Numbered from the stretch's first letter, positions 27,563 through 41,344 are shown. The stretch is DNA of 64,000 nt from Eledone cirrhosa (GCA_964016885.1 OZ024755.1:13764001-13828000); one strand, 5' to 3'. The notes: generated by a model not told the origin, from the letters alone. Program-made: numbers and translations.

Positions 27563-28187
27563 GTATATATATAGTGAGAGAGAGAGAGAGAGAGAGGGAG
27601 AGAAAGGGACCATTAGCTTTCACATAGTTTCCATTACTAAATTTTCCTGACAATGCATTGGTCACCCTCCGAATCCACGAACTTCTTAACGACACAACTA
27701 TGCATGTGCCTACGTGAATAAAGTACTCATTATTCAAGCAAATATTTGGCAGTCCGCCCACACATTTGTCTTTATAGAATATTTGTCAGCTAATACATAA
27801 TTTTATCTGCATTGATATTGTCGTTATTGTAAGATAATGCAAACACTTTGTTTTTATATGATACAGCTGCAATGAACAAACATTGTAAACTGTAAAATAT
27901 ATGATTTTTTTGTTTTAACTGAGAGCATCCATGTATAGGAAGGCTGAAAAATACGGCTAGCTCTACGAACTCTCACTCTCTCTCTCTCCTTCCTCCCTGC
28001 CAACCCTATTTCCCCCACCCTTTCCTTTAAACTAACTCCTATCTTACTTTTCCCCTCTTTCCGCTCCATTCTTCCTTCTTCCCCCTTCCCCTCTCTCGCT
28101 CACTCTCTCAGTATACACCATCATCGCCATTTATACATGTATGAATATACACACAAACATGCATATATATATATATACGCCCCCTCC

Positions 28188-28233
<46 letters not shown>

Positions 28234-28235
<2 letters not shown>

Positions 28236-28645
28236 CGTTTCTGAATTTGTTTAGCAAGATTCTTTATCTGAAATCGTGTGTTGAAACCGATATTGTTATG
28301 CTTTGGGATGGTCATGTTGCCAATAAGAAACACACGCACCAGTTGCTTTCACTCCAATTTATTATAAATAAAAATTATAAATTTAAGAATTTATAAATTT
28401 CCGGTTGGTTGGACAGAACAAAGGAGAGGTACAAAACAAAGAAAAGAATCCCCAGTCACTGAAGAGGTCACAGAATGTGTGACGAAAGAACTTTGACAAT
28501 ATTGGAACAACCGTCCGGTTATGGAACCAACCAACCAATCGGAAATTTATAAATTCTTAAATTTATAAATTTAATTTATAATAAATTGTAGTGAAAGCAG
28601 CTGGTGCGTGTGTTTCTTATTGGCAACATGACCCTCCCAAAGCAT

Positions 28646-28653
<8 letters not shown>
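28234..28653. mobile_element. Inverted-repeat mini-PLE: ~123-bp inverted repeats around a hammerhead-bearing core, plus a ~55-bp tail, in (TA)n
   Basis: Arms 28290-28412 / 28531-28653; 28243-28320 is homologous to 39853-39928 at the 3' end of the PLE at 39850-41299. Confidence 0.85.
28455..28497 (+). ncRNA. Minimal type I hammerhead ribozyme motif, canonical core
   Basis: GTCA-CTGAAGA-g-GTCACA-gaatg-TGTGAC-GAAA-GAAC-TT-TGAC. Confidence 0.8.
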
Positions 28654-28735
<82 letters not shown>

Positions 28736-29178
28736 TTACATGAATATCAGTGGAGATAGGCGAGTATTCATTACCGTAGTTTACTTATTATATTTGTAGA
28801 AATCCTAAAACTTCATATACCTCTCTTAATATTGATAAGAGTGTAGACAGTGTAGCGCCTCGCATAAAACCTGTTACACTTAGGAACCACAAATCAAATT
28901 TCAGTAACAACCCTAAATATACGTAATTAACTCCCTAAGTTCAAAATAAGGAAGTGTAAGCAGGTAAATTCCAGGAACGATTATATACGTCGAATAAAAA
29001 TGCAATATCCGTCCCATTATGGATCAATACTATGCAGGTATTAGAATGGATCTCCGGAAATCACACAAGCATCGCAAGTTTACTCTTAGTCGTATTACTA
29101 TGTTTATCCGCCTCTAACTAATCCCAGTCTTTTCAAAGCTTTGGCTTTTCAGAAATATGTCTTTCATATTTATATGCA

Positions 29179-29244
<66 letters not shown>

Positions 29245-29280
29245 GGATTTTAATGGATACAGTTTAGTTAAAAGGAATTT

Positions 29281-29397
29281 ATTGACACGTGTTTCTATAA
29301 CAGTTACATAACCTGAAAACAGCTGCTATCTACAAAGTATTAGTTATGCAGACATTCAATATTTCAATGTTATTATCAACTGTCATTTCATCGGAAT
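29281..29397 (-). ncRNA. Degenerate hammerhead motif with long stem II in a TA-flanked island (29241-29400)
   Basis: Minus strand ATT-CCGATGA-a-ATGACAGTT...AACTGTTAT-a-GAAA-CACGTG-TC-AAT (palindromic stem III, GUC triplet). Confidence 0.55.
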
Positions 29398-29418
29398 CAT
29401 ATATAATATATTAATATA

Positions 29419-29504
<86 letters not shown>

Positions 29505-29702
29505 TCCGTCCTATTTTTTTTATTATATGCATATAAATCTCTCTTGTTTTCTTTATAATTTCACCTGTGTAGAAAACGGAGAATTGATATCTCTATATGA
29601 TATGTGATGTGGGATTTATAACATGAGATATATTTCAATATTATACGAATCATATTCTAAACATAACAAATTTCTTGCAGTATGAGAGGAGTTTTACAGA
29701 GC

Positions 29703-29745
29703 TGATTGGCTCATAATTTTGCACCGCAAAATTATGAGCCAATCA
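29703..29745. repeat. Perfect 20-bp inverted repeat with 3-nt loop
   Basis: TGATTGGCTCATAATTTTGC-ACC-GCAAAATTATGAGCCAATCA. Confidence 0.85.
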
Positions 29746-31279
29746 ACAAGTTAGATTAACGAAAGATCTCATGGAACTAGTAATCAAAATAGGCTTTCGT
29801 ATTACGAAGAATACTAAACTTAATATAGTTCATAATTTAAACATTACAGTAAATTTAGCCCTTACCATAGGATCAATAAATAATTATTTTACATAAATAT
29901 GTATTTCAATATCCCCCACCAAATAATATATGTAACTTAATTACTAACATTAGCAAGTGTACCTTCGTATGAAGATACGTTTATCAGTGTCTCTCATTAT
30001 AAGGCAGTTCTCCATAATAGAGGCTTCCTAGAGAAAATGTATATTTAAATCTAATGTTCTAACTCGCAAGAAAAGAAAACGGAATATGTAGTGGTATAAT
30101 CCAATATATAGTCTAAATGGAAGAGAAAGCATAGATAAAGAGTTACTTAATTTAATTTCATTGCACTTTGCATCGAACCACATATATCACAAAATCTTTA
30201 ACAGAGATTTTATTAAGGTTAGCTACGCTTGCTGTAGAGACTTTGCAACTTCACTTGACAACTATACTTTCAAATTACTTCCCAATATAAAGATTCCCCT
30301 CTTCTACACCTACATGTCATTGTATTAATCATAATATTTGTCCAGCTTATTATTAACTGTTAAAGTAATACAAAACTCTCTTTGTTTCGGACGCGAGAAA
30401 TTCATTGAAAAGGAAAACAAAAAAGGAAGCGATATAAAACTTGTGGTCAAATATCAACCATCTCTCCCACCCCTCTCACTCTACACACACACTTGTGTGT
30501 GTTTGTAAACACATTCGGCATGTGGTTCTTTTCTTGCACAGTTTGTAGCTGCCTCACTTCCATTATTGTCTTGACATTTCACAATCCCACATACTAAATC
30601 TTCTTGAGAGATAGTTTATAGTGCTGGAATGTTTAAATATATACCTGAAATCCTATCCATGTATGTAATAAGAATATATTTAGTCTCACTGTAAAAGTAT
30701 ACATTCTGGTTAAACTATTGGGACTTGGGCAGCTTGAAATGAGGAACGAAACGAAACGATAGTTTTTTCTTTAAGATTTCCCATTACAAATAGCCGAAAG
30801 AAAATAGCGTAGAACTAGTTACGAAGGATGTAAACAACATAAGCTCAACTAATTTACATAATGATGCATGAGAGGAATACTAATACAGTGTGAGTTATGA
30901 ATAAATATATAGAGAGAGAGAGACTCCGTAAGCATATTGGTATTTTAGTTATTAATTTTCGAAAAGTGGATTCTGTTAATTTAAATTTTACAGGTGATAA
31001 TCAAACATATGTATATACACGAAAATAGTGAGAGTGTGATGCTATCTTTCGTAGTGGATGTTTAAATTAAACACATCTATATAGCTTAGTTGGCACTTGA
31101 ACAAATGTTTAATTCGGCTTCAATATAGGCCTGTGTATATTAAAAGCCTAAGTTATTGTAACTTTAGATGATTAACGATAATTATTTCATCAATCATATC
31201 TACTTTATTGTTGTTGGTTCATGGCGTCGATGAAGAGAATGATGAATGTGATAAAAACGCACTAAACATCGAAAGATGG

Positions 31280-32000
31280 CGAAGGACATGCGCTGAAAGA
31301 GTCAGTCTATATATGGCATATTTTCATTCCGATCACAATACGTAAGTTGCCGCTGGAGAAAGTATCGCTGTGTTGTATCCCAGATTAGCGATTTGCCAAC
31401 TTGAAACCTGAAGATTGAGATGCTATCTAGCTCCTTGTTGACTCCCTGGTGTAACGCCACTGATTCCAGGTTTTGAATTTATAAAAATTAAGAATTAATT
31501 TCGTCAGTTAGTCTCAGTAGATTTGACTAATAATGCCATGTTATTTTAAGCCTTTTGAGACTGATATATAGAACGAACTGCATACATTTAGTATGGTTAA
31601 TCTCCAGTTGTTGTAGATTAGCAGCCTGAAGGAAAACATGGCAGATACACAGAATATTCTAAATGGATTTTTGAGATGATGAAAACAAAAATATTGTGAA
31701 AGTGATTGGAGAGTTGATATAAGGGAAGTAATGGTGAAGAGGAAGGAAACTAGATATTTTCCAACGCAGTAATTAATCCTCCATTTGTCTCTCAGGTTGT
31801 TGATCTGTTATCATTGAGACACTGTCTCTTGGTAAATTGGATGTTTTCATGTAATTTTCTGAATTTTTTATTAATGTCTCTTTACATTTTACCGCAAGCG
31901 TTGTTAGTGTGTTTATCATGTTAACCGACATGTCTGCTTTCACTGTTAAATCAACTGCAATAAATATACTCTTGTATCTTCCTTTAACATCCATCCGTGG
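31280..32000 (-). mobile_element. Possible highly decayed LINE AP-endonuclease region
   Basis: Minus strand SVYLPCF followed by a frameshifted TGD(F)NH-like motif, in APE motif order; many stops. Confidence 0.3.
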
Positions 32001-32380
32001 TCAAACATCGACTCAATCATTGTCTTTCTCGTGATCAGAGATATCTATCGTTGGATTATCAGGCGTCTTGATCTAATGATGAGGCCAATGAGGTTTAATT
32101 CCACCTTTGATTACATGCACAGCTGGAGTTCACTCAACAATTTTACAGTGATGCCACTGCTTACCGCTATGACCTGTTCCATTGCATTTTAATTACTACT
32201 CTACCTACTTAGAGTTTGAACAACAAATTGGTAGTTGCCTTTTATCCTTCCGGGGTCGATAAAATAAAGCACCAGTGTTAGGCGGTGGATTGGCGAAAAT
32301 GTTAGACCGTCGGATGAGATGTGTTGTAGCATTTGCTTTGGCATTGAGGGTTCTGAACTCAAACCTTGCTGCAGTGTCAG

Positions 32381-32685
32381 CTCAGATACTTTATATATAC
32401 TCTTAAGTATTATATATATTCTCAGATATTTTATATATATTTTATATATACTCTCAGGTATTTATATATACTCACAGATACTTTATATATGTTGTCAGAT
32501 ATTGTATATATACACTCAGATATTTAATGTATACTCTCAAATACTTTATATATACTCTCTGATACTTTATATATACTCTGAGATACTTTATATATATACT
32601 CTCACATATTTTATAAGTACTCTCAGATATTTAATGTATACACTCATATACTTTATATATACTCTCAGGTATCGAGATATATACT
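32381..32685. repeat. Minisatellite, ~21-bp unit CTCAGATACTTTATATATACT
   Basis: About 14 degenerate tandem copies. Confidence 0.85.
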
Positions 32686-33308
32686 GAATCTTTTCGAAGT
32701 CCTCCAGCTTGTAAAATTATCTCCCACGAAAAAATAAGAAGACTTTTCATTACAGTAAAACTCGTTGATAATCCAAATTCCTCGTAGTGATTTGAAGACA
32801 CGTCTGTACACGCAAAGCCCAAATATGATGATGATGAGGTTGATGATGATAGAATAAAACCAAAAAAGTATTAGTTCCACATATTTGAAGAACTGGAAAC
32901 TAAGTCAGCTTTGTCTCCAGAAAACACGTACTTTCCGAACAAACTTTATAATTACAACAACGATTACTGGGTTACAATCGTGTGGTGTTGTAGCAACGAA
33001 AGGAATACTTAGTGTCAATCCGTCTAACCGTTCTGTAATGTGTTCTGCGAATCGTAAAGATAAATAGAATTATATCGATTTATTGATCGTGTAAATATCC
33101 GAAATATCTTGACTATAAATATATTGTAGATAACTCGATTGTGGTTTATACAATGTTTATTTTTTTTCTTTCTATTAAAGACCTCAATACGATAAACACG
33201 CATTAAGTTTGTGATAAAAGAATTTTCCTAGACCTCAGTGAGTGTAGAGTATATATATACATATATATATATGTGTGTGTGTATGTGTGAGTGTGTGTGC
33301 GCGCGCGT

Positions 33309-33406
<98 letters not shown>

Positions 33407-33887
33407 GTGTATATATATGCATACATGTATATATATACAATGACTTTTATTTGAGTAAAACTGAAAGAGTGAACATTTTACTTGTCAGAAGAAAGTTGAA
33501 CAATTCAACTTCATTTTCCTGGTGTCAACTTTATAGTTTTATAACCTTGTACTACGAGAAATAACAGTCTGTCATTAGGGTAACAGCAGCTCACCAGGTC
33601 ATATCCCCATTATTTAACTTTCTACAAATCGTTTAAACTATTTCTAAGTAGATACCTAAGCACAGTAAAATTGACGAGTTCTTCGTTACGTTGTTACTAT
33701 TCGTCAAATAGTAAATTCGCTGAATTGTTAAAGCGTCGGATAGAACTCTGAATTCAAATTCCGTCGAAGTCATATTTGCCTTTCGTTTTATACTCGTCGA
33801 TAGAATAAAGTATCAGTACTGAAAGCACTAGGGGTACTACTGCAATACTTCCCCGAATTAAGATATACCAAATAAAGAAATTCTAAA

Positions 33888-34258
33888 TAATGATTTCTGA
33901 TTTCTCCTTTTGGTATCAGCAATTTAGGGGGGGGGGGTAATGTCGATTGTATCGACCCCAATACTGAATTAAGACTTTATTTTATCGACCCCCGAAGGAT
34001 GAAGGGCAAAGTCAACTTCGTCAGGATTTGAACTAAGAACTTAAAAAAGTCAAGTCGTAATTATACACTTTCTTCCAATATTGCCACAAAACCAGCAATT
34101 TAGTGGAGGAAGAAAGTAGATTATCTCTACCACTCTACTTAACTAGTACTTTATTTTATTGACCCTGATGAAAGCTAAGTCAATCTCGGCGAGATTTGAA
34201 CTAAGAACGTAGAATATTTTGTCCGACGTTCTACCAATACTGCCAACCCATCGTCCGA
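33888..34258 (-). mobile_element. Two adjacent SINE family A copies (33888-34045, 34074-34258)
   Basis: ACTTTATTTTATCGACCC..GATGAA..GTCAA..GATTTGAACT present twice. Confidence 0.7.
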
Positions 34259-34962
34259 ATTCTTATTATAATAGTGATAATTCTTTTCAGAAATTCCGAC
34301 AAGACTAATGCGCTGATACAAGCCACTAATATTATAGTGAAATTATAAATATTTCAGGAGTTTCATTTTGTATTTTAAAGAATTTAAATCACGGTTTTTG
34401 AAAATTAAATGTAAAGCAATTAACGGAATATTTGTAGTTGAGTATTTAAATATTTAATGTTGTGGTTAATGAAAATAGATGAGTTTCTAACAATTATATT
34501 ATAAATTACCAAATACAGAAGATTGTTTCGCAACAATCTTGTTTCGGGTTTACTCACACCAGGTAGCATCTTAGGAAAATGTCTTCTACTGTAGCCTTGG
34601 GTCGATCAATGCTTTGTGGGTGACATGTAGTTAGACGTAAACTGCAGAATCTCTTTGTGTTATATATATAGAAGTAGTTCCACAACAGTTAATTCACTAT
34701 TTACGAGAACAATTATTTCACCTTATTCGGATCACCAACTCGGTTTAAATGAGTATACGGAAAAGGAAAAACAATTGTACGAATACGCATGTGCAGAAGC
34801 AGTCACTTCCCAAAGGGCAAGTAACCCACGTTATATCTATGAGGGGTATAACCTATCAGTGTTCTACTATTATATAGACCAGAGTTTCCTAAATCGGCTA
34901 GACCAGAGTTTTCTAAATTTTTTTATCGGCTACTGCCTCCTTTTTAAGAATGTATTTCATCT

Positions 34963-35112
34963 GCAGGTGGCGAATTGGCAAAGTGGTTAGAACGTAGGAT
35001 ACAATGTTTTTCCGGATCTCTACTTCCTGCGTTCAAATCCCACCGAGGCCAACTTTGCTTTTCATCCATTCAAGATCGATAAAATGTACCAGTCTATTAC
35101 TGGGGTCGATTC
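34963..35112 (+). mobile_element. SINE family A
   Basis: GTTCAAATCCC B-box and TTTTCATCC..GATCGATAAAAT core. Confidence 0.7.
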
Positions 35113-35595
35113 TGTCTCAATACCCCTTTCTCACTTTCATTCTCTCACTCTTTATCCTTCTCTAGAAGGTTTAAAAATCACATAGAAACGCCGTATGTGA
35201 TTAGGCGACACAAAGACCCCATCAGGAGTTCAGAGGCTATGAATGCAGGCATTTCATCAGCGTCTACTGCAAAGTTGATAAAAAATATCACATTGAAATT
35301 TAGATATTTTTTCATTTTGATAATTTATTGAATAACTTATAGTAATAGTTTTGTGAGCAACTACTAAATTGTATATTTCCTTCTCCCTCCTTCACTTCAC
35401 ATTGCCTTTCAACGACATCTCCTCTTGCCTTTAAGTGTCTCTCTTGAATCATTAACTGCCTCCTAGGGATACTAAGGCCCACTTTTGGAGTCACTGATTT
35501 AGATCAACCTTCAAGCGTCTTTAGCACGTATTGCTTCAGGATTAAGATAAAGAAAGCGGGAAAGAGAGAGAGAGAGTGGGAGTAAGAGAGAGATG

Positions 35596-35633
<38 letters not shown>

Positions 35634-35887
35634 CTGGTTGGCATTGCACATTTCTCCGATTCACGTGTAAGTCATGACATCACGTATGACGTCATGGCCT
35701 TCATTGTATGGACGGACAAAACAATGACTATCGATATTATGGTCTTATAGCTCGTCTGTTAATCGATAGTCGATAAAGTCTTGAGTTGAAGAGTTTATTG
35801 TTAATCCACAGACAATTCTTTATGTTATGACGGTGGGGACAGAAAAGAAGCATTGAATTTGTTGATTTACAAATTATACTTTGCGAA

Positions 35888-36135
35888 GGTACGTGGCTAA
35901 GTGGTTAGGGCGTTGAACTGACGATCATAACGTCATGGGTTCGATTCCCAGATTGGATGTTGCATTGTGTCCTGGAGCAACGCATTTCATTTCACGTTGC
36001 TCCAGTTTACTCAGCTGAAAATGAGTACTAGCGGCAGCCTGGTGGTTTGACCTGAGACGGATAGCGACGTGTATTCTCTGTTGCATAACGCACATGAAAC
36101 CGGGTTAACTTCGGGGCTTCATCCAACTTATGCGA
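35888..36135 (+). mobile_element. SINE family B
   Basis: A-box TGGCTAAGTGG, B-box GTTCGATTCC, core TTGTGTCCTGGAGCAACGCATTTCATTTCACGTTGCTCCAG. Confidence 0.7.
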
Positions 36136-36344
36136 ATATAGAAAAATAGACATTAAACGATAACTATAAAGCAGCACTTTAATGACTTTTTGTTTGAGCC
36201 GCACAAGAGTAAACATTACTAGCGGTTTCTTTATATCAATGGAGATCGATAAATTGAGTATCAGTAATCATACATGTCGATTGATTCAATAAAATATACA
36301 TTTCTCTAGAAACATCCTTTCTATACAGTAATTAATGGAATCTA

Positions 36345-36550
36345 ATTCAGGCATAAGGCCAGCAATTTAATGTGAGGGAATGGCCGATTATATTGACCTA
36401 GGTATATGACTGATACTTTATATCATCGATTCCCTCCCCACTGAAGGCTGAAGGGTAAAGTTGACCTTGACCGGATTTGAAACCAAAAGAGAAGGTGATA
36501 AAGAAATACATTTCATCCGATGCATTAAGGATTTTGCTAATCCATTGCCC
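36345..36550 (-). mobile_element. SINE family A (degenerate long form)
   Basis: AGGCATAAGGCCAGCAATT tail end and GGATTTGAA B-box complement. Confidence 0.55.
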
Positions 36551-36638
36551 TTTACTATACATTAAATAAACCCAGCTCTGATTGTTAGATTTAGTTTTAC
36601 TATTATTTAAGGACCTCTCAACATCTGTTAAATTGCAA

Positions 36639-36876
36639 CAATGGTTACCCAACACGGTTTTTTAAAATTCTCAGAATTCTTACTCATATTTTACAGACAA
36701 TCCTCACTATTATAGATCTAATAAGACATTAAATGGGACAAAATTGATTTAGACAGAGAATATATTCAGATAAAAAAATCATTTTATTAAATATTTTAAA
36801 ACCTCGCTTTATCTCGCGGAACCCAAATATTTTCATGGACATTTAAGGTTCCATCTAACCTACTTTAGGTAACCCT
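36639..36876. mobile_element. Possible hAT-type MITE
   Basis: Ends CAATGGTTACCCAA / TTAGGTAACCCT and a subterminal CGCGGAACCC. Confidence 0.35.
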
Positions 36877-37607
36877 AAATTGCTCGTACAAATAAACCAA
36901 AATCTAATCCATATAGAGCCGGGATCTGCTTGATCAGAAATACGCTTTTGTTAAAATATGCAACATCAACATTCTCGTATAGGTTAATAGTAATACTCCA
37001 GACATGTTATTGGAAAAGTTTTGTGTGCTCACGTACCACATGGGCTGATATTATGTGGTATAGTATGATAAATCTGTTGTGTTTTTTTAGTAACTCTTAG
37101 AAGAAAATCAAAAGCTTTTAGAGTTGAAAATCTATAGATGTTTTTGTGATAAAACTAAACAAGAGAAAAAAACATGAAGAGGCAGAAACAACAGTTCACA
37201 TGTTGCTACCATTGTTGTATTAGCAGTGAGTAACCTTCTACTGCTTTTGGTTCTATAACTATTTCTTTTCAAGCCAGCAAAATACCGACCTTGGATAATA
37301 AATAAACATCCTCCCATACGGATGAGCTATCGATTTAGTGATGATGATGATGAAGATAATGTTATTAATAATAATAATAATAATAATAATGATAATAATA
37401 ATAACGTATCGATTATCCGAATTGACTTCATTCTTTCTAATGTTTGTTCCTGATGTTAAAATATTTGCTAGAACAAAAAAAACTGAAACAAACTAATGAA
37501 CACAAACACCCCCAAAAATCTTAAAATTAAAGAAAAATTTTAAACATATAGACTAATATATATATATACACAAGCATATGTATGTAAACATATATGTATG
37601 TATATAT

Positions 37608-37671
<64 letters not shown>

Positions 37672-37750
37672 GTAGATAGATAGATATGATCCATGCATAT
37701 ATACATCCATCGGTATATATATATGTGTGTGTGTATGTACATATATACAT

Positions 37751-37897
<147 letters not shown>

Positions 37898-38410
37898 TAT
37901 ATATAAATATACATACACACACGCACATATATATATACATATACACACATATATATATATAACTCTGTACATAAATAAATATGTAAATAAGGAAACAAAT
38001 AAATATGAGAATAAACAGCGACGCCATCATTAAACCATGTTTCCGAGTTATTGCTATTGTTGTAGTAGTAATAATTTTTGTTATTGTTGTTGTTGAGTAT
38101 CTTGCATCGCACTGCAGAATATTTATCTATGTTCCAAATAACACTCTAATCTCTGTGTTCATCTATTTATACGTTTCATCGACTCTATCCTCTCATTCCA
38201 CCGATCCCATCTTGCCAAATGCTTCTTTTCAAACTAGCAGCAGCGTCAGACACTAAAATCAATCCTTCAACTGCGCCATTGCAGAATGGTTATTATTGTC
38301 GTCTATAGGTTCTAATTTAACTGACCAATACATAAATACTTTTTCCAGCCACTGCTTCTTCCAAATATAATGCTCTCGTCTCCCTATTATATACCTCTCT
38401 CTGCCCTCTC

Positions 38411-38453
<43 letters not shown>

Positions 38454-38456
<3 letters not shown>

Positions 38457-38657
38457 AAAAGAGTCAGGACTCCAACGGCTGAGCTGCGGCCGTTTCGATA
38501 GCTCGATTTGACAGCTTGTTCGGATCTAGCTGTCGAAACGGCCGGAGCTCAGCCGCCGGGGTCCTGACTCTTTTCCTATTACCCACATAGGGTACTATGT
38601 ATCGAATATTCTGGTGCGTTATGGTCCACCAGGTTCCTTACCACACTTCCTTCGTTA
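38454..38657 (+). mobile_element. Fold-back mini-element family H1, copy 4 (partial copy 5 at 38686-38734)
   Basis: Arms spanning 38454-38577; centre retains a GACAGCT...AGCTGTC-GAAA hairpin; same tail; (TA)n on both sides. Confidence 0.8.
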
Positions 38658-38939
38658 TATATATATATATATATAAAGGGTCTGCATCTAGCTGTTGAAA
38701 GGTCAAGAGCTCTGCCATCGAGTCCCGACTCTTTATAATATATATATATATAAGAAAAACGATGATGTTTCGTTTACGTATATTTAGGTCTTTATTGTGT
38801 ACCGACTTGTTTCACGCAAGTCACAGAGGATTGGCTCAAGGTCACCAACAAAGCTTATTGACGCGTATCCAGTATCGATCTGCTCCTCACACTGATGATT
38901 CAACAAAAAGTACACAACGTAAACTATATGTATATATAT

Positions 38940-38995
<56 letters not shown>

Positions 38996-39626
38996 CGAGG
39001 GTGTATGTGTGGGTGTGTCTATATATATTATATCTATACTATGGACGTATTAGTGTACCAACAATGCGTGGGTTATGAATAAATATAGAACGCAACAAGG
39101 AATCTCATCGATTGGATCCACATCCAATGTTGTCAAACAGGGCCCTCGTGGGTTCTAATTTTGCAGTGGAATTATATAAATACGGATAGTATTCTACCCG
39201 GTTATTTCTTCATCACCCACGCTGTATTGGTATTCTAATAATTATGATCAACCTGTCAACTTTGTACGAATGAAATATTTCAGTCACAGGTTTTGTTTAC
39301 ATTTTAATAAGTATTATTTCGTTGTTAGTATCGGCAGTTTGGGAATGAGAGATGGTCGAATTTTAATGAATTGTTAATAACAATGAAATCAATTTTCTTC
39401 CAAAGCCACTGAAATTTTATATATGTGTATGTGTATTTGTGCGCATTGTTCTCCTCTTTGAGTGCTTACACATGTATATACGTAAGGAGATGTATAAATA
39501 TATTTGTTCATGTGTGAGTATGTGATGGGTATGTAGTCGCAGGTACACATATGTACTAGAGTATGTATAAGTGCTTGTATATATATATGTGTACGCAGAT
39601 TTGCAAATATTTTCCATCTTTTATAC

Positions 39627-39661
<35 letters not shown>

Positions 39662-39664
<3 letters not shown>

Positions 39665-39843
39665 CTGTTTCTACTTTAGGCACAAGGCCAGAAATTACCC
39701 AGAGTGCATTACTGGTACTTTATTTTATCGACGCCGTAAGGATGAAAGGCAAAGTCAACCTCGGCGGGATTTGAACTCAGATCGTAAAGGGACGTAACTA
39801 TGCTGCAAAGCATGGCGTCCGACCCTCTACCGATACTGCCAAT
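39662..39843 (-). mobile_element. SINE family A (young short form)
   Basis: Near-identical reverse complement of 10486-10674; 3' end abuts (TA)n. Confidence 0.8.
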
Positions 39844-40101
39844 AACAGCGATGAATTAGTTTTGCGAGGTTTTTGATATGAAATCGTGTGTCGAAACAAA
39901 TATTGTTATACTTGGGGAGGGTCATATTTGTGTAATAATATTGCCAGAATTAATAACAGAACACACTCACTGTTTGGTTGGTTTTCGCTTCTGTGTCTTT
40001 TATATCGGTTAATTTAATTTATTCAGTCCTCAATGTTACCATTGATTGACCAACGGTAAAAAATACAGATACAATATAGACACAAACACATATATATAGT
40101 C

Positions 40102-40145
40102 TAACAAAGTTCTTTCGTTGCACGTCTGCAACATCGTCAGTGGTA
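40102..40145 (-). ncRNA. Minimal type I hammerhead ribozyme motif, canonical core
   Basis: TACCA-CTGACGA-t-GTTGCA-gacg-TGCAAC-GAAA-GAAC-TT-TGTTA (one stem I mismatch). Confidence 0.8.
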
Positions 40146-40379
40146 CTATTATGTTTCCTCCCGTTCTATTGTATGCCTACGCCATCTTTATTTAGTCTGT
40201 TTATCTATTTATTTTTGGTCTTCTCTGCGCATGGGTTTGCATGTGTGTATAGTGTTTTGTTTGATGTGTGTTCGTGTTTGGGTAACTGTGTATTGGTTAT
40301 TGTATTCTATTTTAGTTTACTAGTGTGCGTTTATATGTGTTTGTTGTTATTGTGCTTGTGTATTTATTTATTTATTTAT

Positions 40380-41288
40380 TTATACTTCTCTTAGGTCAGT
40401 GTTGTTTGTTTGGGTGTTGTTATTCCATTCATTTTTTCTGTTTAGTCTTGTTCTTCTAAATTCTATTTCGCTGGCCTCTCTGATTTGCCTCTCTGCTGGG
40501 TCATTTCTATGTTTAGATATTATTCTAATTTCTATGTTGTCTATGCTACCGTCGTGTTGTTGTCTGGCATCTTCGTATAGTACTGAACCGTTTTTTCGTC
40601 CTTTTAGTTCCCCCCAGTGTTGGTCTATCCTTTCACCTATGCTACGAGCTGTCTCGCCTATGTATGTTGTTGTCATGTTTCTGCAAGTACCCTCTGTATA
40701 TCTTATGCCATAGATTACGTTTCTAGTTTTACAGTTTATCCGGGGGTTTACTTTACATATAATACATTTCCTATTAGTACAGTGGGTTTTCTTAAAAGGG
40801 TAGGTTTTGCTGATCAGGGATTTTATGGTGGTTCCTGGCTTTTCTACCACCTTAATCTTTAAGTGGGTCTTTCTCAGGGCCTTTCTACGCTGGTTAGCTA
40901 ATTTCCCTCCAGGGGTAGCGTCCACAATCATGACACTCTGGTATCTCTGGTTGTCGTACCATGAGGTGGCTTTCCCTTTCTTATGTCTAGTCCTATCTAA
41001 GCTATTCCATGATTTGCTCCTGTATAATGGGCAAATTCCTTTCATGTCCAGTTCTATGATGGTCTTATACTTCTCCGTGGCTCCTTCGTATACTCTGACT
41101 CTGTCTCTTTGGTTGTAGCCAGAGAACTGCATACGGTTGATGAAGTGTTGGATGTGTCTTTCCATTTCTGTTGGGTCGCACATGCGGGACACGTTCTTCA
41201 TCACTCGTACCAAGTCTGCGATCAGAATATTAAACTTAGCACTACTGGACATTGCTGAGTTTTTTAGTATCAGGTATTTGGAGGCCAT
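40380..41288 (-). pseudogene. PLE polyprotein C-terminal part (RT thumb, Cys-rich linker, GIY-YIG endonuclease); RT core missing
   Basis: YAKPMAS..SAMS..K..IL..DLVR, CTNRKCIIC, NVIYGI...YIGETARSIGERIDQH, RQIREASEI, LNRKNEW. Confidence 0.85.
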
Positions 41289-41344
41289 GGGTTTAGCATA
41301 TATATATATTAGTTAACTAATATATATATTCTAATTCCGATCCT

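Larger units (their letters stand above)
39850..41299 (-). mobile_element. 5'-truncated Penelope-like retroelement (thumb plus GIY-YIG, 3' UTR, hammerhead, tail)
   Basis: Open frame 40380-41288, hammerhead 40102-40145, tail homologous to 28243-28320; 5' truncation at YAKPMAS into TA repeats. Confidence 0.85.

Noticed and set aside
39150-39225. Further hammerhead traces (39150-39225 minus, 38795-38880 minus, 51390-51465 minus)
   Set aside because: Stems partly present but CUGANGA or GAAA is too damaged to call.
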